A DNA stretch of 64,000 bases, taken from positions 6,696,001-6,760,000 of the forward strand of contig CM022669.1 of NCBI GenBank assembly GCA_012295275.1, in the 5' to 3' direction. The notes under the pieces are model-generated. The model worked only from the letters and a program-made list of their open reading frames with translations, had not been told where the DNA came from and did not search any database. The stretch comes from Chrysomallon squamiferum. Taxonomy: Eukaryota > Animalia > Mollusca. Shown here piece after piece: positions 42,614-57,472 of this stretch. Positions within the stretch are counted from its first letter, which is position 1. Each line of letters starts with the position of its first letter. The position numbers and the translations under genes were made by a program.

Positions 42614-42674
42614 ATGAATAAATAAATTTATGTAAGAAACTATTATACACAGTCACACACACATACATCCACAC

Positions 42675-42712
<38 letters not shown>

Positions 42713-42838
42713 TCAGCAGTTCATACTTTTTGAAGTTACCATCTGTTGCAAAAATAGATAAGGCTTTATCGATAAAAGTTACAATTTATTTATTAATAAG
42801 TAAACCACACACGGGCAAATTTCGTTTGACAAACCAAT

Positions 42839-43214
42839 ATGAAGGTACGTTTATTAGTTTCTGTTACTTCTTTCCAACCTTATTTTATATCCTTTGTTTT
42901 TCGAAAAAAAAAATAATAATTTCCTTTTTGTTTTTAAAAAAAAAATTAATAATTTTATTTTTTGTTTGTTATTAAAATTACTTATTATTATTATTATTAT
43001 TTATTATTATTATTATTTCTCCTTGTTATCTCTTTCATTTGTCTTCTTTTTATTATTATTGCTAGTAATAGTCTTGTTCTTATTCGTGTTGAAATTGTTT
43101 TTCTTCTTCTTCTTCTTCTTTTATTTTTATTATTATTATTGTTGTTGTTGTTGTTGGTGGTAGTTTTTGCTGTTGCTGTTATTTTCAGTCTATCTCTCTT
43201 TCTGTTTCATTTAT

Positions 43215-43301
<87 letters not shown>

Positions 43302-43614
43302 ATTATTTGTACTTATTTCTTAAAACACTGTTTATAATTATGTTATAACAAAAAATAATTATTTATTTTTAAAGACTTCAATAAAGAGAGGGATGTTTAG
43401 AATATTTAGCGATAAGAAAACCATGTAAGTATTTGAACTTTCTTCTAAATGGATAATGTCATTTGAAATATGGAACCTAAAGCTTTTCAATTTAATTAGA
43501 CATTAAAAGTTTGTTTTCTTCGAATTTAAGTAATTTACATTTTTAGAGTTTTTGGTTGGTTTTCATTTTCATAAAATGTCATCGGATGGGCGACAAGTAA
43601 ATTAATTAATTAAA

Positions 43615-43655
<41 letters not shown>

Positions 43656-43699
43656 TGATGATGATGATGATAATTATGATGATAATAATAATAATAATA

Positions 43700-43731
<32 letters not shown>

Positions 43732-46383
43732 AATAATAATAATAATAATAATGCACTGAATCTTTAACACCTCATATTTCAAAACTTTCTAAACATTTAC
43801 ATGATCAAAGATAGTGTTCGTTGTTGCCAAAATGTTAAGTTATCATCTCTAGAAATCCTCACATAAGGCGAAAATCAAAATCAGATACAACAAACCGCAT
43901 TCCGGTGTTCACCGCACTGCAGTGGCACTCGTCAATCAAGTGTCGTCTCTGAATGTCGTCTGGCTAAGTGTAAATTGACAAAAATAGCGACACTGGAAAA
44001 AATAATATTAGCTATTTTAATTTTCGTATTCAACACATCACATACAAGATGGTACTCTCGAGTTCGGATGACTTAATCGCGATTTGTTTCAAGAATTATA
44101 ATGGAAACAAATGACTTACATCGCAAGTAAGCAGAGCGATAAAAAGACTGAAAGTGTAGGATCTACCGAGAGATAAGTGGGACGTGATCGATGTAAAACA
44201 GCACTGACACTTACATTATTAAAAGTCAGTTCTGAGGATTGCATTAAGTTACTTAATCGTGGACGATTCCAAGATTGAAAATGCTTATACCATCACAATG
44301 TCTTTATCTTTCAAAAAGATGGGGCATTCAAGCACTAGCATTCATGAAGGTTGATTACCCCAAAAAATCCGCACTGAAATCCGGTGGGTTATTGCGGGTA
44401 ATATTCGCTGACTGGGAAGGCAAATGATGGTCGAATGGATAAATTGATTGAGGAGGAACTAAAAGTTAAAACCATATGAAGTTGGAAAAAGGACCTTGAG
44501 AATATTGCATTTCATCCTTGAGAATGCGACTTCGAGGAAAAATGGAGGACAAGTTGATCACCTGTTCAAGAAGACTAATGGTTAGATGACAATGAGATTT
44601 TCGATTTTCGATATCGAATTTTTATTCTAGCCTTAAAAAATTACTAGAGGTATTAATTTGAAATTTTGTCCATGTCTTTATGATAAAAAATAGAAAGTTT
44701 CAATATTTGATTTTTGAAATATGAGGTGTTTAAAATTCAAAGCAAATTACATCATTTCATAACTTACATCACTCTTACAAACAATATATCAATATCATCC
44801 ATAACAGACATCACTTATCAACCAGCATCACACCATAACACATATCACACTACCAAACAGTATTATACAATAACAGGCTAAAATACACTCTATCAAATAC
44901 AATAACATGTTATAACAAAACCACTCTACCAAACAATATTATACCATACCAAACGACATCATTTAGAAATTATACTGCACCATACCATACCATAACATAA
45001 CATACAACACTCTGCACGATATTCATATTATATCATATCATATCAAGCTCAACACACCATTGAAAACCATACAATGCTATGCTGTGACATACCAAACTTT
45101 TTTCTTTTCTTTTTCGTTTCAGAGTGCTTTTGCTATTTAGAGTCGTGCCTTTAACTGCTGTCATATTTTTAATACGATACAGACTCTGTTCCACTGACAC
45201 CTATTCATATGGACCTCAGAACAACAACCAGAACTGGATATCATCACCGAAACGAAAAACTGGTTTTGTAGATGACGTTGATACCGACGAACTAGAGAGA
45301 ACAAATAAAACGTTTGTTGAAACAAAGAAGTGCACGAGAACATATGACATAGCTTTTCTTAAAGTTCACAAGTGCGGCAGTTCCACAATAACAACATTAC
45401 TACAGAGATTTGCATTAAAAAACAACCTTAACGTGGTTCTTCCTGATAAACGTAAGTCTCATCGAATAAATTATCTTGATTCAGAAGGAACATTTGCTAA
45501 AAATAGTGTTATTCCAGTCCCGGAAGGAGAGCACTTTAACATTCTTTGCAATCATGTCGTTTACAACAGAACGGTCTTTCACGAACTGCTTCCCAAAAAC
45601 ACGTTTTATTTTGCCATTGTGAGAGAACCTGTGTCTAGATTAATATCAGCCCTTAAATATTTTGGAATTTTCAAAAGGCTTTCCAAAAGCATGAACTATG
45701 GAAATGTATCAGATAATGAACAAAAGCTGACAAACTTGCAAATGTCTACGTTCCTCAAGAGAAAGGATTTCTTGCACAAAATATTAACTATTCGATATTC
45801 ATCCAACAGCATGGCTGTTGATTTTGGAATACCACGAAGGACATTTAACAAGTTTCATATTCTTCATGATTATGTTCAACAGCTGGATGAAGATTTTCAG
45901 TTTGTCATGATCATGGAGTACTTCGACGAGTCTCTTATACTTTTGAAACGATATCTTTGTTGGGATTTCAAAGATATTGTTTATGTTCCAAAGTTGTATC
46001 ATCCTAATGAACATGACATCTTAATCTCAAATTTAACTTCTCTGGAATTAATGAAGATCAGAAAATATCAAAAGGCCGATTCAATAATTTACGAATATTT
46101 TAACAAAACATTTTGGGAAAAACATCTATCGTCTGTAGGGCCAGACTTCTTCGATGAAGTCAAACAATTTCGAAGCACCAGGGAAAAAGTGGAATATTTT
46201 TGCACAAGCGAAAAAAAGAATTCCTCATCTCTGATAATTTCTCGGTCTAACTGGAACGAAGAATTTTCAGTTTCTAAAGAAGACTGTATTATGATGGTGG
46301 AATCAGAAATGGTATTACATCATAAATTGATGGATATAGCAAGAAAAAAGATTACACAGTCTTCGAAGATGAATGTGTCATAA
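42839..46383 (+). CDS. GAL3ST: GAL3ST-family sulfotransferase copy F, intact, about 438 aa (exons 42839-42844, 43375-43424, 45123-46383)
   Basis: ATG AAG|gtacgt, then a 50-nt exon tttttaaag|TSIKRGMFRIFSDKKTI|gtaagt, then a polypyrimidine acceptor cgtttcag|A at 45123. Anchor VLLLFRVVPLTAVIFLI. Motifs FLKVHKCGSSTI, IVREPVSRLIS and VMIMEYFDESLILLKRYLCW. Confidence 0.93.
43219..43298. repeat. (GA)n microsatellite
   Basis: Directly visible. Confidence 0.95.
43752..44744 (+). mobile_element. Decayed, internally deleted Tc1/mariner-superfamily DNA transposon in intron 2 of copy F
   Basis: TIRs of about 33 bp: tgcactgaatctttaacacctcatatttcaaaa (43752-43784) versus the reverse complement of 44712-44744, with 4 mismatches. 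Transposase relics: IFQKDGAFKH (44306-44335, cf. FQQDGAPxH), NPH*NPVGYC in the same frame (44366-44395, cf. SPDLNPxDY) and KNGGQVDHLF (44538-44567, cf. the C-terminal GGHxEHL). Confidence 0.8.
44745..45095. repeat. Degenerate (CATAC/CCATA/CATAT)n pentamer repeat just before the copy F acceptor
   Basis: For example cataccataccataacataacatacaacac. Confidence 0.7.
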
Positions 46384-47314
46384 CTGGACGTCGTCTTTTT
46401 TCCTGTTCATTTTGTTTCCCTCAAATGATAGAAATGAAGCATAAATATTTTAAAACAATTAACATAATGATTTTACATTGTATTATTTTCAACTGACCAA
46501 ATATTAATATAATACATACAGACAGGTGCACAGAGTTTGGAATAAGCATCTATGCCATATATCGTGTTAATCGCGCTGGGTTAGGCAAGAAAAATGTCGT
46601 AACATTGCATTCCGATATTAACTTATATAAGCTGATGATGTTAGTGAAAAAAAGAAACAGGCAGCAAGAATGAGGAGTAAAGAATGGCCTTCAAGTCGTA
46701 AGAATAATTTAGTGTTGTTCTTCAGTAAGGATCTCATATTGTACATAAATATATATTTATATCTATATATACCGCTGTCTGTACCTATCTCTATCTATGT
46801 ATGTGTATTAATTTCACTGACTTTGGTATATATAACTGACATTCACTTTCGACGGTTTTTAATCTTAAAATGAATATATTGTTTTTGACCAGATGTAATA
46901 AAATATGCTGTTATATCACTGCTTGAATATTCAAGCATTCACGACTTAATACCGCATAATTTTAAGACTGTAGTACTTTTCTCAAACAAAAAACAAACAA
47001 AATGTTCTATTTCACATGTAATATTTACATTTTAATGACAGTCTGCAAAACGTTTAATATTTTTAACACATAATGATACATGTATGCACTTCTGTAATAA
47101 TTAAAACTCATTCGTTATAATCAACTGCGTCTTCAACATAAGAGTGATCATCAGTACCATTTATAAACAGAGCTTTCACAACTGTACTCGTAATTTGTTA
47201 ACGTAATTAAAAATAAATACTTGCAATAAAAAAATGTCACTAAAACTGTTGTCAAGTGTCATGTGTGCACGCTCACGTCTCTTACATTTAAGGGTATGTA
47301 CGTATGTATGTATG

Positions 47315-47346
<32 letters not shown>

Positions 47347-47883
47347 CGTCTTAAAATCCAGTTTCATTCCTTGTCAAAACTAGTTCAAATAAAATAAATT
47401 AAAAACATTTAATCAAATCCATTTAACCGAATAAAATTTTTCGCAAATTTAAGCAGAATCCCTTTATTCACGCAATTCTTCAAACATTTTTCAGTTAATG
47501 AGCTAATGGTATTAACAAGTTTTGAAATGCTGGCTCGAGACAGTATGTTTCTGATGATAACACACTTATAGTCTGATTTATGTGAACAATTGTACATCCC
47601 GAAATTTCCACAGAATCTACGAATAATGTGTACACATCCAAAATCAAATCTTTCTCCGAGTAACTGTAGCACATAACAAAAACAAACAAACAAAAAAAAA
47701 AAAAAAATAATAATAATAATAAAAAACTGACTACTGTTTGTCACAGAAAATACACACCTGACCACAAGTTCTTTATGAACATTTGTGAGCATTCAACATT
47801 AACTCAGATGTAAAATAAAAATGAATTGTATCAGGTTTGTGATAAAACATACATACATAATAATCAAACTGGAGTTCAGTTGG

Positions 47884-47915
<32 letters not shown>

Positions 47916-48203
47916 TCTAAATTATTGCATATATTGTCTGTCTATAATTATTGCATCCATACAGGTTTAAAATAACTGAAAATCACATATTTTGTTTTTT
48001 GTTTCGTTTTCAAATATCGTTTTTCAACCTACATAAAACTGCCGATTCCGTGTTGTTGTTTTTTTGTTTTCTTTTTCTTTTAACACCACACCTCAGTCAT
48101 TTGCCGCCTGTAGTAAAACATGAGGGACAACATAATCATAACATTAGCATGAACACTCTGGCCGTCTGAACACATGAAAACACATTATTCTTCTGTCGTT
48201 CTT

Positions 48204-50677
48204 TCAATCCTTCCACGCAGGTGCACCAGCCCAAAACGGAACATTTGGTGGAGGATGATGGAACTGATACTGTGGGGATGGGGATGGCTGGGGTGGTGGC
48301 GGTGGGGGAGGGAAGCTGGTGATGGTGGTGTACATCTGGGGACTAGCGAACTGTCCATTTGAAATGCTGTGCTGTGACATTGGAGGAGGGGGAGGCTGTG
48401 CAAGAGAAGTGGGTGGCCCTGCTGCTAGTACCTGCTGTTCAGTTGGCTCCCCTGGCTGGGAGAACTGGATCTGTGTAGGCTGAGGGTGTTCCCCGGGCTG
48501 TGAGAAAGAAATCTGAGTCTGTGCTGGATGCTCTCCAGGCTGCGAGAACTGAATCTGCGTGTGTTCCGGAGCCTGGGTGAACTGAATCTGCTGCTGGGAA
48601 GAATGTGGTACTTGTGGGAAAGAGGGAACAACGGGTGTCACTGCTATAGAGAACTGAGGCATCTGCTGAATGTGACTTTGCATAGGTTCCATAACTGACT
48701 GGGGAGGAGGGTGAGACATCCCGGGTGGAAGTGGTGGTGGCGGCTGCTGCTGCTGGTTGAACTGATTGGCAGACATCTGCTGTTCAAACTCTTGTTGTCC
48801 CGGTTGTGGCTGTTGTTGTTGTGGTGGAGCCTGCTGCTGCTGCTGTTCAAACCCGAGCTGGTTTGGATTCTGCTGATTGAAATGTTCAGGTGACTGTCTT
48901 TCATTTTCATAATACAACTGAGGCTTGCAAGAGAAGTGTGTGTAGAAGTTTCTGTTTTCCCGTTCTGCCTGCTGCTGCTGCTCTCTCTCCATCATATCAC
49001 GTTCCTGCTGCTCTCGGAACTGGTTGTCCTGGTCAGCCTGTCGCTGTTCTCGCTCTATGTTCTCCCTTTCACGTTCCACGTCCTCGCGTTCTCTCTCAAT
49101 GTGTTCTCGCTCCTGTTCCCAGCGAGTCTGCGTAACCTCATCCTCTTCTTCATCAGAACCATAAACTGCAGGAGAGGAAGTTTCTAATTCACTTTAGATG
49201 CAACGTCATAATACACAAAATATACAATAATTCCATATGTATCTATTTCTCAGACATTTATCAAGATTTCATTATGTTTGATTAATGGAATAACAAACAT
49301 TAACATTTGCAATCACCAATATTATGCATGAAGCAAATTATTTTATTAATATTACTTTTGATCTAAAAAAAAACTTAAGCTCTAGAGATATAAATATCAC
49401 AAAGTAAAAACAGAATTCTTGCAGCTGGAAAGACAATAAAGCAATAGGTGAAACAAATGATTTCATAAAGCTAGCTCCCCCTAAAATGATTTTGTTTAAC
49501 CTCCTGAGTTCCTTTAATGCCTATTACAGCCATCACTGTTTTATTTCTCTAATATATATATATATATATCTATATATATACAGACTACTAAAATAAATGA
49601 ATCTATGGTGTATATTAAAATTTAACTTACAGGCTACTGAGCTCAGTGCTCCTCTGTTTTTCCTCTTTTTCTCCTGTTCTCCACCATGCCCATGATGACT
49701 TCGTTTAACACCTAAATATTAAATAAATCTTAGAAAAATCTATGTTCATACTGACAAATAGAAAGATAAAATTTATTAATACAAAAATTCAAATACATCA
49801 TTTAGAGGGTTCATGCAATGGGGTACTAAACTTTGTCTTACTTTTAACCTGTGGTGAAGTTCTAAGTCACCTTTATTTTTTATTATCATCATTTGGAATT
49901 TTTGGATGACAATGAACACAAATATCCTTCTTAAGGCATTCATTAATTGAAACAGACTTTGTGTCTACCAAAGAGTACTACAAAAATAGCTGTATTTCAT
50001 TAACTGGTTGAGTGGAAGTAACTTGGGTAATCAAAAATGGATTGTTTTACAAACAGGTTTACAATAAACACAGTTCTTTTAAACCTGTATACAAATAAAA
50101 AAAACTGAGGTGGTCATGATTAATGACTGAACATAATTATGTGTACAACAACGATTACTATTTAAAAATCTATGCAAGTAAGGGTTTGAGACTCAGTGAA
50201 GCAAGTAATTGTAAACAAATATAAGAATAAAACTTCAGTTAAATAATTTTATCCATTATGACATGTGTTTGTATAAAATACTTTGTTAAAGGTGCTGTTT
50301 TATTAGAAAAAGAATACTGACAAATACATGCAGATATTTAATTTTACGTTTGTGACTTATTGTCTCATTTCACCTTTGCTAAAATTATATTTCTCTGTGA
50401 AGTACCTCACTTCACCCTATGTGTCTGCATTTTATCATATAATTAACTAGCCAATTGTCAAACAGAAACAAAAACAATAATAAACAATGAAACACACAAA
50501 CATTTAGAGCATGAAGGAAAAAACCCAGAAGAAATCAACTGAATCAGTTAGGTTGTCCTTTCAAAGGATAGAAAAGAGATTTAAAATTTAATTTAACAAA
50601 AACTTGTTTTTGTGTGATTTTTTAAATCTTACAATCAGTATATTTAAAATTTAAAAAAAAAAAAAAAAATAAATAAT

Positions 50678-50717
<40 letters not shown>

Positions 50718-50745
50718 AATAAAATAACAATAACAATAACAATAA

Positions 50746-50785
<40 letters not shown>

Positions 50786-52446
50786 TAGTTTTTAGAAAAT
50801 CAGAAGCTTAGATTTGTTAGATGGAAATCACACTTAATTAAACGCTGCAGTTAATGATAGATATATAAACAAAATTACCAGCTACAGGTGGTGGTGGCAT
50901 CAGCTGCTTATCAATATCTGCCCGATCTTGTGTTTGTAGCCTGCGGTGAACAAACAAAACAAAACAATTGATGACAAAATCTGTTCGCATAGCCATTGGG
51001 TCTTGTAGAAATGAAGTTTTGATTCTTTACCTTTCTAACTTCATAATGACCTGTATTCTGCAGGAAAGATAAAATCATGTTCCTTCCAGCTGATAAAAAT
51101 AATTATCAGTGTAACAGCAGGTACGCTCTCCACCAATATTGATTATAAACTTGATTATCTTCTCTTACAATATTTAATATTATATATGAAATCTATTGAT
51201 CTTTGGCCCAAAGCAAGGAATTTTAATTTAGAAGACAGGAATACCTTTTATCATCTGTTCCTGATACTGGAGGCATGGCAATAGGGATAGCTCCTGGAGG
51301 CATCATGCTGAATGTCTGTCCTGGACCAGAATGTGGCGGTGGGCCAGATGCCATCAAATTTGTCAAGTGTGGAGGTCCATGCTATTTTAATTAAACACAA
51401 GTTTATAATGTCACCTGTGTGAATTAGTCTTCATGCCTGTGTATTTTGTAAACAGTACTCATCACAAACTGATTGTTTGTCTCATTATGAAAAGAAACAC
51501 TCAGAACAGTGATGTAGTACAATTTCTTTTTAAATAAATAAAAGAAAATGTTATTTTTACTCTGTAACCAAACTGTGGTAACTACAATTATGTTAGCATG
51601 AGTCATTTCAGCCACTCTTGCATGAATTTAAATGATTTGCACTTACAAAAAGAAAAAAAACAAAGAAAGAAAGAATTAAAAAAGAAAACAAAATAAAGAA
51701 AATAATAATAAAATAATAAAAATATGTATGTATGTGTGTGTGTGTGTGTGTGTAAGTATGTAAGCAACAACATAAAAAAACCAAAATAATATTTTGTTGT
51801 ATTAAAAATTAGCTAAATTAGAAAAAAAATAAATCAAGAAGCTTTAAAAACATACACACCTGGTATCCCAACAGATTTTCAGGTATTTTGTCTTCTTGTT
51901 TCTCCTCTGTGAATCTTCGCTTAGTTGGCTCCTCTTTAAGCTGTGTGCTGTACATGTAGCCAGACGTTGCCACTGTGTATGTTGTTGACGCCTGTGTTGT
52001 GGAACCAGGGATCGATGCAGAAATTGTAAACGGCTGTACACTACTGAGTGGAATCTACAATAAAATATAAACAGATAAAACAATGAAAAACTATGAAACG
52101 ATAATACAATAAAATGATGAAGAAATAATAAAATAAAATGATAAATAGATAATATATTAAAATGATAAACAAATAAAATAAAATTATAAACAGGTAATAC
52201 AATAAAATGATAGAGAAAATGCAATAAATCCAACTTGAAATAAAAAAACAGCAAAATTTGTGGACTTTTTGTTTGTTATTTATCATTTCAATTCTTCCAA
52301 ACTAATCAGAGATGATGGTAGGTATGAATAATTTTGTATTCCTTTCTTCTTGCCGACATGCACTGAAGAACTGATGTGTAATAACTGACCAACGAGATGC
52401 TTATTTAACTATTAATGAAAATTAATAAAAGGCTAAAAAAAAAGAA

Positions 52447-52478
<32 letters not shown>

Positions 52479-55400
52479 CAAAAATATTACTATGCTATTT
52501 AATGAGCCATATTTAACATGATTAGTACCTTTTTGGGTACTGACAACAAACATCAAGAAATGGAACTTTGATAGACATTGACAATATCCAAGCAATGTAA
52601 TGAAAATATATGAAATACCACAAATTCTCAATATTCAATGACTATTAATAATACTATTACCATTAAGGTAGTCTCTTAAGAAGTTATACTCAGCAACTTT
52701 CCTTACAATGCTTTTATAACTGTCCTCTTTCAAAAAGAAAAACTCTTGGTAAGCAAATCTCCATGTTTGTTTTTGCTCATCTATAAACTTTTCTCACTTC
52801 ACACTTCAGCAGCATTCTCATTACTTGATTATTGTGTAGCTAAAAATTCTTAAACTTAAACAAAAAAAACAAAAAAATGTACCTGAGATAAGACGTGACC
52901 AGGCATGGAAGATGGGGGAGGTCCATGAGGAGGTAAGCCAGGCTGGGAGATGATTTGCATCCCTGGCTCCATGGTTGGCACTGACCCTGGACCTGACAGG
53001 TGTGACTGTACTGCAACAGACACTGGGGAGGGGCCAGCCAGCTGGGGAGCTAACTGATGTACAACTTGATGGGTGACTTGCTGCGGTGGCTGACCTACAA
53101 TCAGGTGAGTTGGTTGACCTCCTGGTGATGCTCCTAGATGAAAACCAATCGTTACCAGACAATGTGTGTTTAATTCTAACATTTACTGGATGTCAAATTT
53201 AGGATCTGGATGATTACTTTCATGTTTTAGTTATTGAGATATCCGTTTTCACCAAAAAATGGATACATTAATTTTACTATTTCACACACAACATTTGATC
53301 AAATGCATTAAATCCCAAAATTATAAAAAATTAAAAAACGGTGTTATCACCACAAATACATCAATAATATATAGCAAAAATATAATCCTTTTTCCATTTT
53401 TTTTGTAAATCATGATAAACCACTGTCAGAGAGAAATATGCTTTTAATTCAAATAGCCCCAAAAAACCAAGCTGATTTTTTCTTAAAACAGTGCCAGTGG
53501 CTACGTTGTGTTTTTTGATAAAACACTTCATTTTCACTGCTGACAATTTTTCAGTGAGTTTGTTAACATGGAAACTGATAAAAGTGCAGTCTCTACATTA
53601 CATGTAGATTACAGTGAACATACCAATAAGCTGTGCTTCAGCCATAACCATTTCATGCTGGGCTCCTGGGACATTTGCCTGATGCAGTGAGGGTGGAGGA
53701 ATATTTGGGTTGTGGATAAGACTGCCATCAATTGTAGAAGTCACTGAAGTGGGTGGTCCTGTAGAAAACATTGAGTTATCAAAACTACTGCATCCATAAC
53801 AGCCAAAATGTGATAATCAGAGGAATTTTCTTTTTTAAAATGTGCCTACGGTACAAACAGTCCAAAGTACATCTGTTAATGCATATATCTTAATTTAAGT
53901 ATGGCTAACAATCTTTGATAATAATAAAGTATGATAATGTCGCAACAAATTCAAGATGGTGCACTTAGGGAAAATGTCATTGTTTATGCCTCTTCATGAG
54001 TTTGTTTTATCATAATTATGCAACATCACCATATAGAAAGGATCAGTCTAGTACAAATTGAAAAATATCACCTATAGGCCTATTTTAATATTGTTTGTTT
54101 TTCATTATTATTCTTATTCTTCTTCTTCTTATTATTATTATTTTAAACATCACAATTAAATAATTGTTTTATTTCCTAACAGAAGATAATGGATTATGTT
54201 TATTAATTTTGTGCACCCCAAAATGCATGCATACTCCAAAAGGATATCAAAGAGAGAATGTATTACAAGTGAACTGTGATGATACGAACCTTGCATTACT
54301 TGTGTACTAGAAACAGGAATGGATGTCATCACCTGAACAGTTCCCAGTGTGGTAGGAATGACAACTCGAGGAGGTCCTGTTGATGTCAGACCTGAAGTAT
54401 ACATATATCTTTTAAATGTCCATTCAAAAACAGGTAGGGAAAAAAAAAAAATTTATTTAACATCATTTACAGATTATTTTATTACCATTAACAGCAGACA
54501 GAAAGAAGCACATTTAATACAAAGTAATACAAAAAAAAATATAATAATAACATTAATATTATTATTACTGCAATGAAAATATGATTGATGTTTTATTATT
54601 ATTATTATTTGCTTTCTTTCAAACACTTAAAGTATCTTAATTAAATTTACACATTTTTCATGAGTAAAATCCCTGCTAAGATCAAATACTGAAACTGTTT
54701 AATGACAGACCTCAGAACATTTTAAACTGAATAGCTACACCAAATGTTCACGCAAATAAACTCTCATTTTTAGATAAATTACCTTCATTGCACATCTCAG
54801 TCTGAGAGCCTATTAAACTCTTTCAAGAATAAAAAAAAGAATAAACATGTCTATGGAAAAGCTATTTCAAAATAAAATTAATTTTACTACTGGCAGGTTT
54901 ATATGGACAGACCTGTGAATTTTACAACAGAATCAGTTTAAATGATATATGTAAATGAACTTTGAATGTAGCATATTAATGTGTTATAGCTAACCTGATT
55001 TTTAATCAAGATCACATAATAGTAATAATAATAAGAACAAAATAAAAATTATAAAAAATGAAAATTTATCTCACATCTGTTAATCAGTACTAGTTTATGC
55101 AGCTAAACCGATTTAATGTGAAGATATTGAAACTGTCTTACCTGTTGAAGCGTTTATCAGTGTTGGCGCAATGCTGACTAGATTTGACTGAAGGCTCGGC
55201 TGAACGACTACTTGCTGCGTCTGTGATGTCTGTAACACAGGCTGGCCTATCATTCCTGGCGGGGGACCCACTTGAACGCCTGTAGAAGCAAGGACATGTA
55301 TTTTCTTTATTGCAAATTTAACATATTTCTCATCTACAATGACATAGCATCTTTCATAAAGTTAATAAATCTAACTAGAAGAAACCTGTAAAAGATCAGT

Positions 55401-57431
55401 CTTTTTGAATTCAGCAATTAAGGATCTTGTATGTATGCTTCCCCATACAGAAGGAAAGCTACGATATGAAACAGTCTGGGGAAAGGAAACAGCACAGAGG
55501 ATGCATCAAGTAGATACGATCCTGCGACTTTTGACATCTAAGTCTTGTATTGTAACCATTTAGTTTGTGACAACGTGGGAAATGTATGGTCGTTTTTTGT
55601 TTCTTCTTGTTGGTTTTTTTTTGTTGGTTTTTTAATGAATGGAAAGAACAGTAAAGACAGATAACTGGAAATACATATTTATCTTTGTCCAGTTCTGTTA
55701 TTAGGTTCTGAAATAAGAAACACTAGTAATCTTTAATAAAAATTGTTTCTTATTAACGTAGCATGGCAATTTTGATATCATATAACATACACATTATATT
55801 AATTGATTAACTGAGTAAAACATTCAAAGCACATCTTGCTTATGAAAAGTAATAAAAATAATTCCAGTTAAACTAAGAAATAAATGAACACTGACCAGGA
55901 GGTCCTAACTGGGGCTGTTGACCAGTGATATGTATGGGACCAAGTCCAGGCTGAGTGGCAAGGATGTGGTGACCAGGTAACTGGGCAGCTGAAGAAGAAA
56001 AGCCTCGATGAAATGACAGTAAGAAAAACAAGTCTGTACAGAGACAACGAGTAAGTTTGCTTTCGAGTTCTATTATCTTTCACAGAAAACCAGCAATTTG
56101 ATCTTCATTTTTCTAAATGCATTATGATGCGAGCGATTCAATGAATGGAAGGTATTTATAATAGATGATGATTAAATTTGAATAGCCTCATATCATTAGC
56201 ACTCTGTATCTACTATAAAGACCTTCTGTGATTTCCATAGATGAACGGAATAGTTAAATAATAAATTAATGTGTTAAAGAACACATCATTATTACATTAC
56301 ATATTTTCACAATATGCTTGTAATTTGTAAAAAAAAAAAAATTAAATTCTAAAATTGACAGTACTGAGTTCAAGTATAAATGTGAAGGAGTAAACAAACA
56401 GCACTGAATCATTTTCCATATATATCATTTCATCACTAGATAGCAACCTTTAATAATAATAAAGTATAACAATACAACATAAGGAAACATGACAGCTAGC
56501 GTTATTTCCTTTCTGATACATCTAACTGAGGAATATAGCAGCAGTTCACCATGCTTGTTACTATTACTGTCATACTTTATTATTAGCAACAGATAGTGTT
56601 TAGTAACAATAGATAACTATTTATGGAGCTGTTTGATTACACCACCACACATATAAACAGTCTTTTTTTTTTTTTTTTTTTTTTTTTTTGGCTTTTTCAT
56701 TGGCTTTAATTATAAATTTAAATATAATTGCTGGTACATTCAGTGAAAGCTTATTCACAACCTAATATACACAGCACCCTTCTTTATACAAAAACAAATT
56801 TGTGAACAGGTTGCAAAAGGTTCTTTCAAAAAACAATAGAATAATTTAAATATAACTTAGTGACATGAATATACAGAATTTCTTCTTGTTATTAGTATAT
56901 ATATATATATTTTTTTTTTTTTTAATGTTTATAAAACATAAAATGTAATGAGTGCTTGCTTACTTGATTATATCAACTTTATTTTTATTTTATTTTTTTT
57001 TTATTATTCAAATAAATTCCATGTTCAATAATGTTGTATGTTTTACTGACCAATTTTCTTCTAACCAAAATCTCATCATTCACAAAATATAATCAGTGCA
57101 AAATTACTAAAGTCTATTTTATATTTAAAATTCTGAAAATTACAACAATACATTGTTATAACAATCAAATATTTGTGGCTTAATAGAATTCAATATGAGC
57201 TTTTATAAACTTTTAACTTTATTTTAATAAACACTAACAATATATGTGATTGAGGAGATTTGGGTATTATTATGATGTCAATAAAACATAATTATTGAAA
57301 CTGATAATGATTTTACTAAACCAATGAGCATAAATCTGATAAATTCAAAAACAATTAAAATAAAATAATAATAATAATAACCCAACAATATTAATAATGA
57401 CGTAAATAAATATATAAAAATAAAATAAATT

Positions 57432-57472
<41 letters not shown>

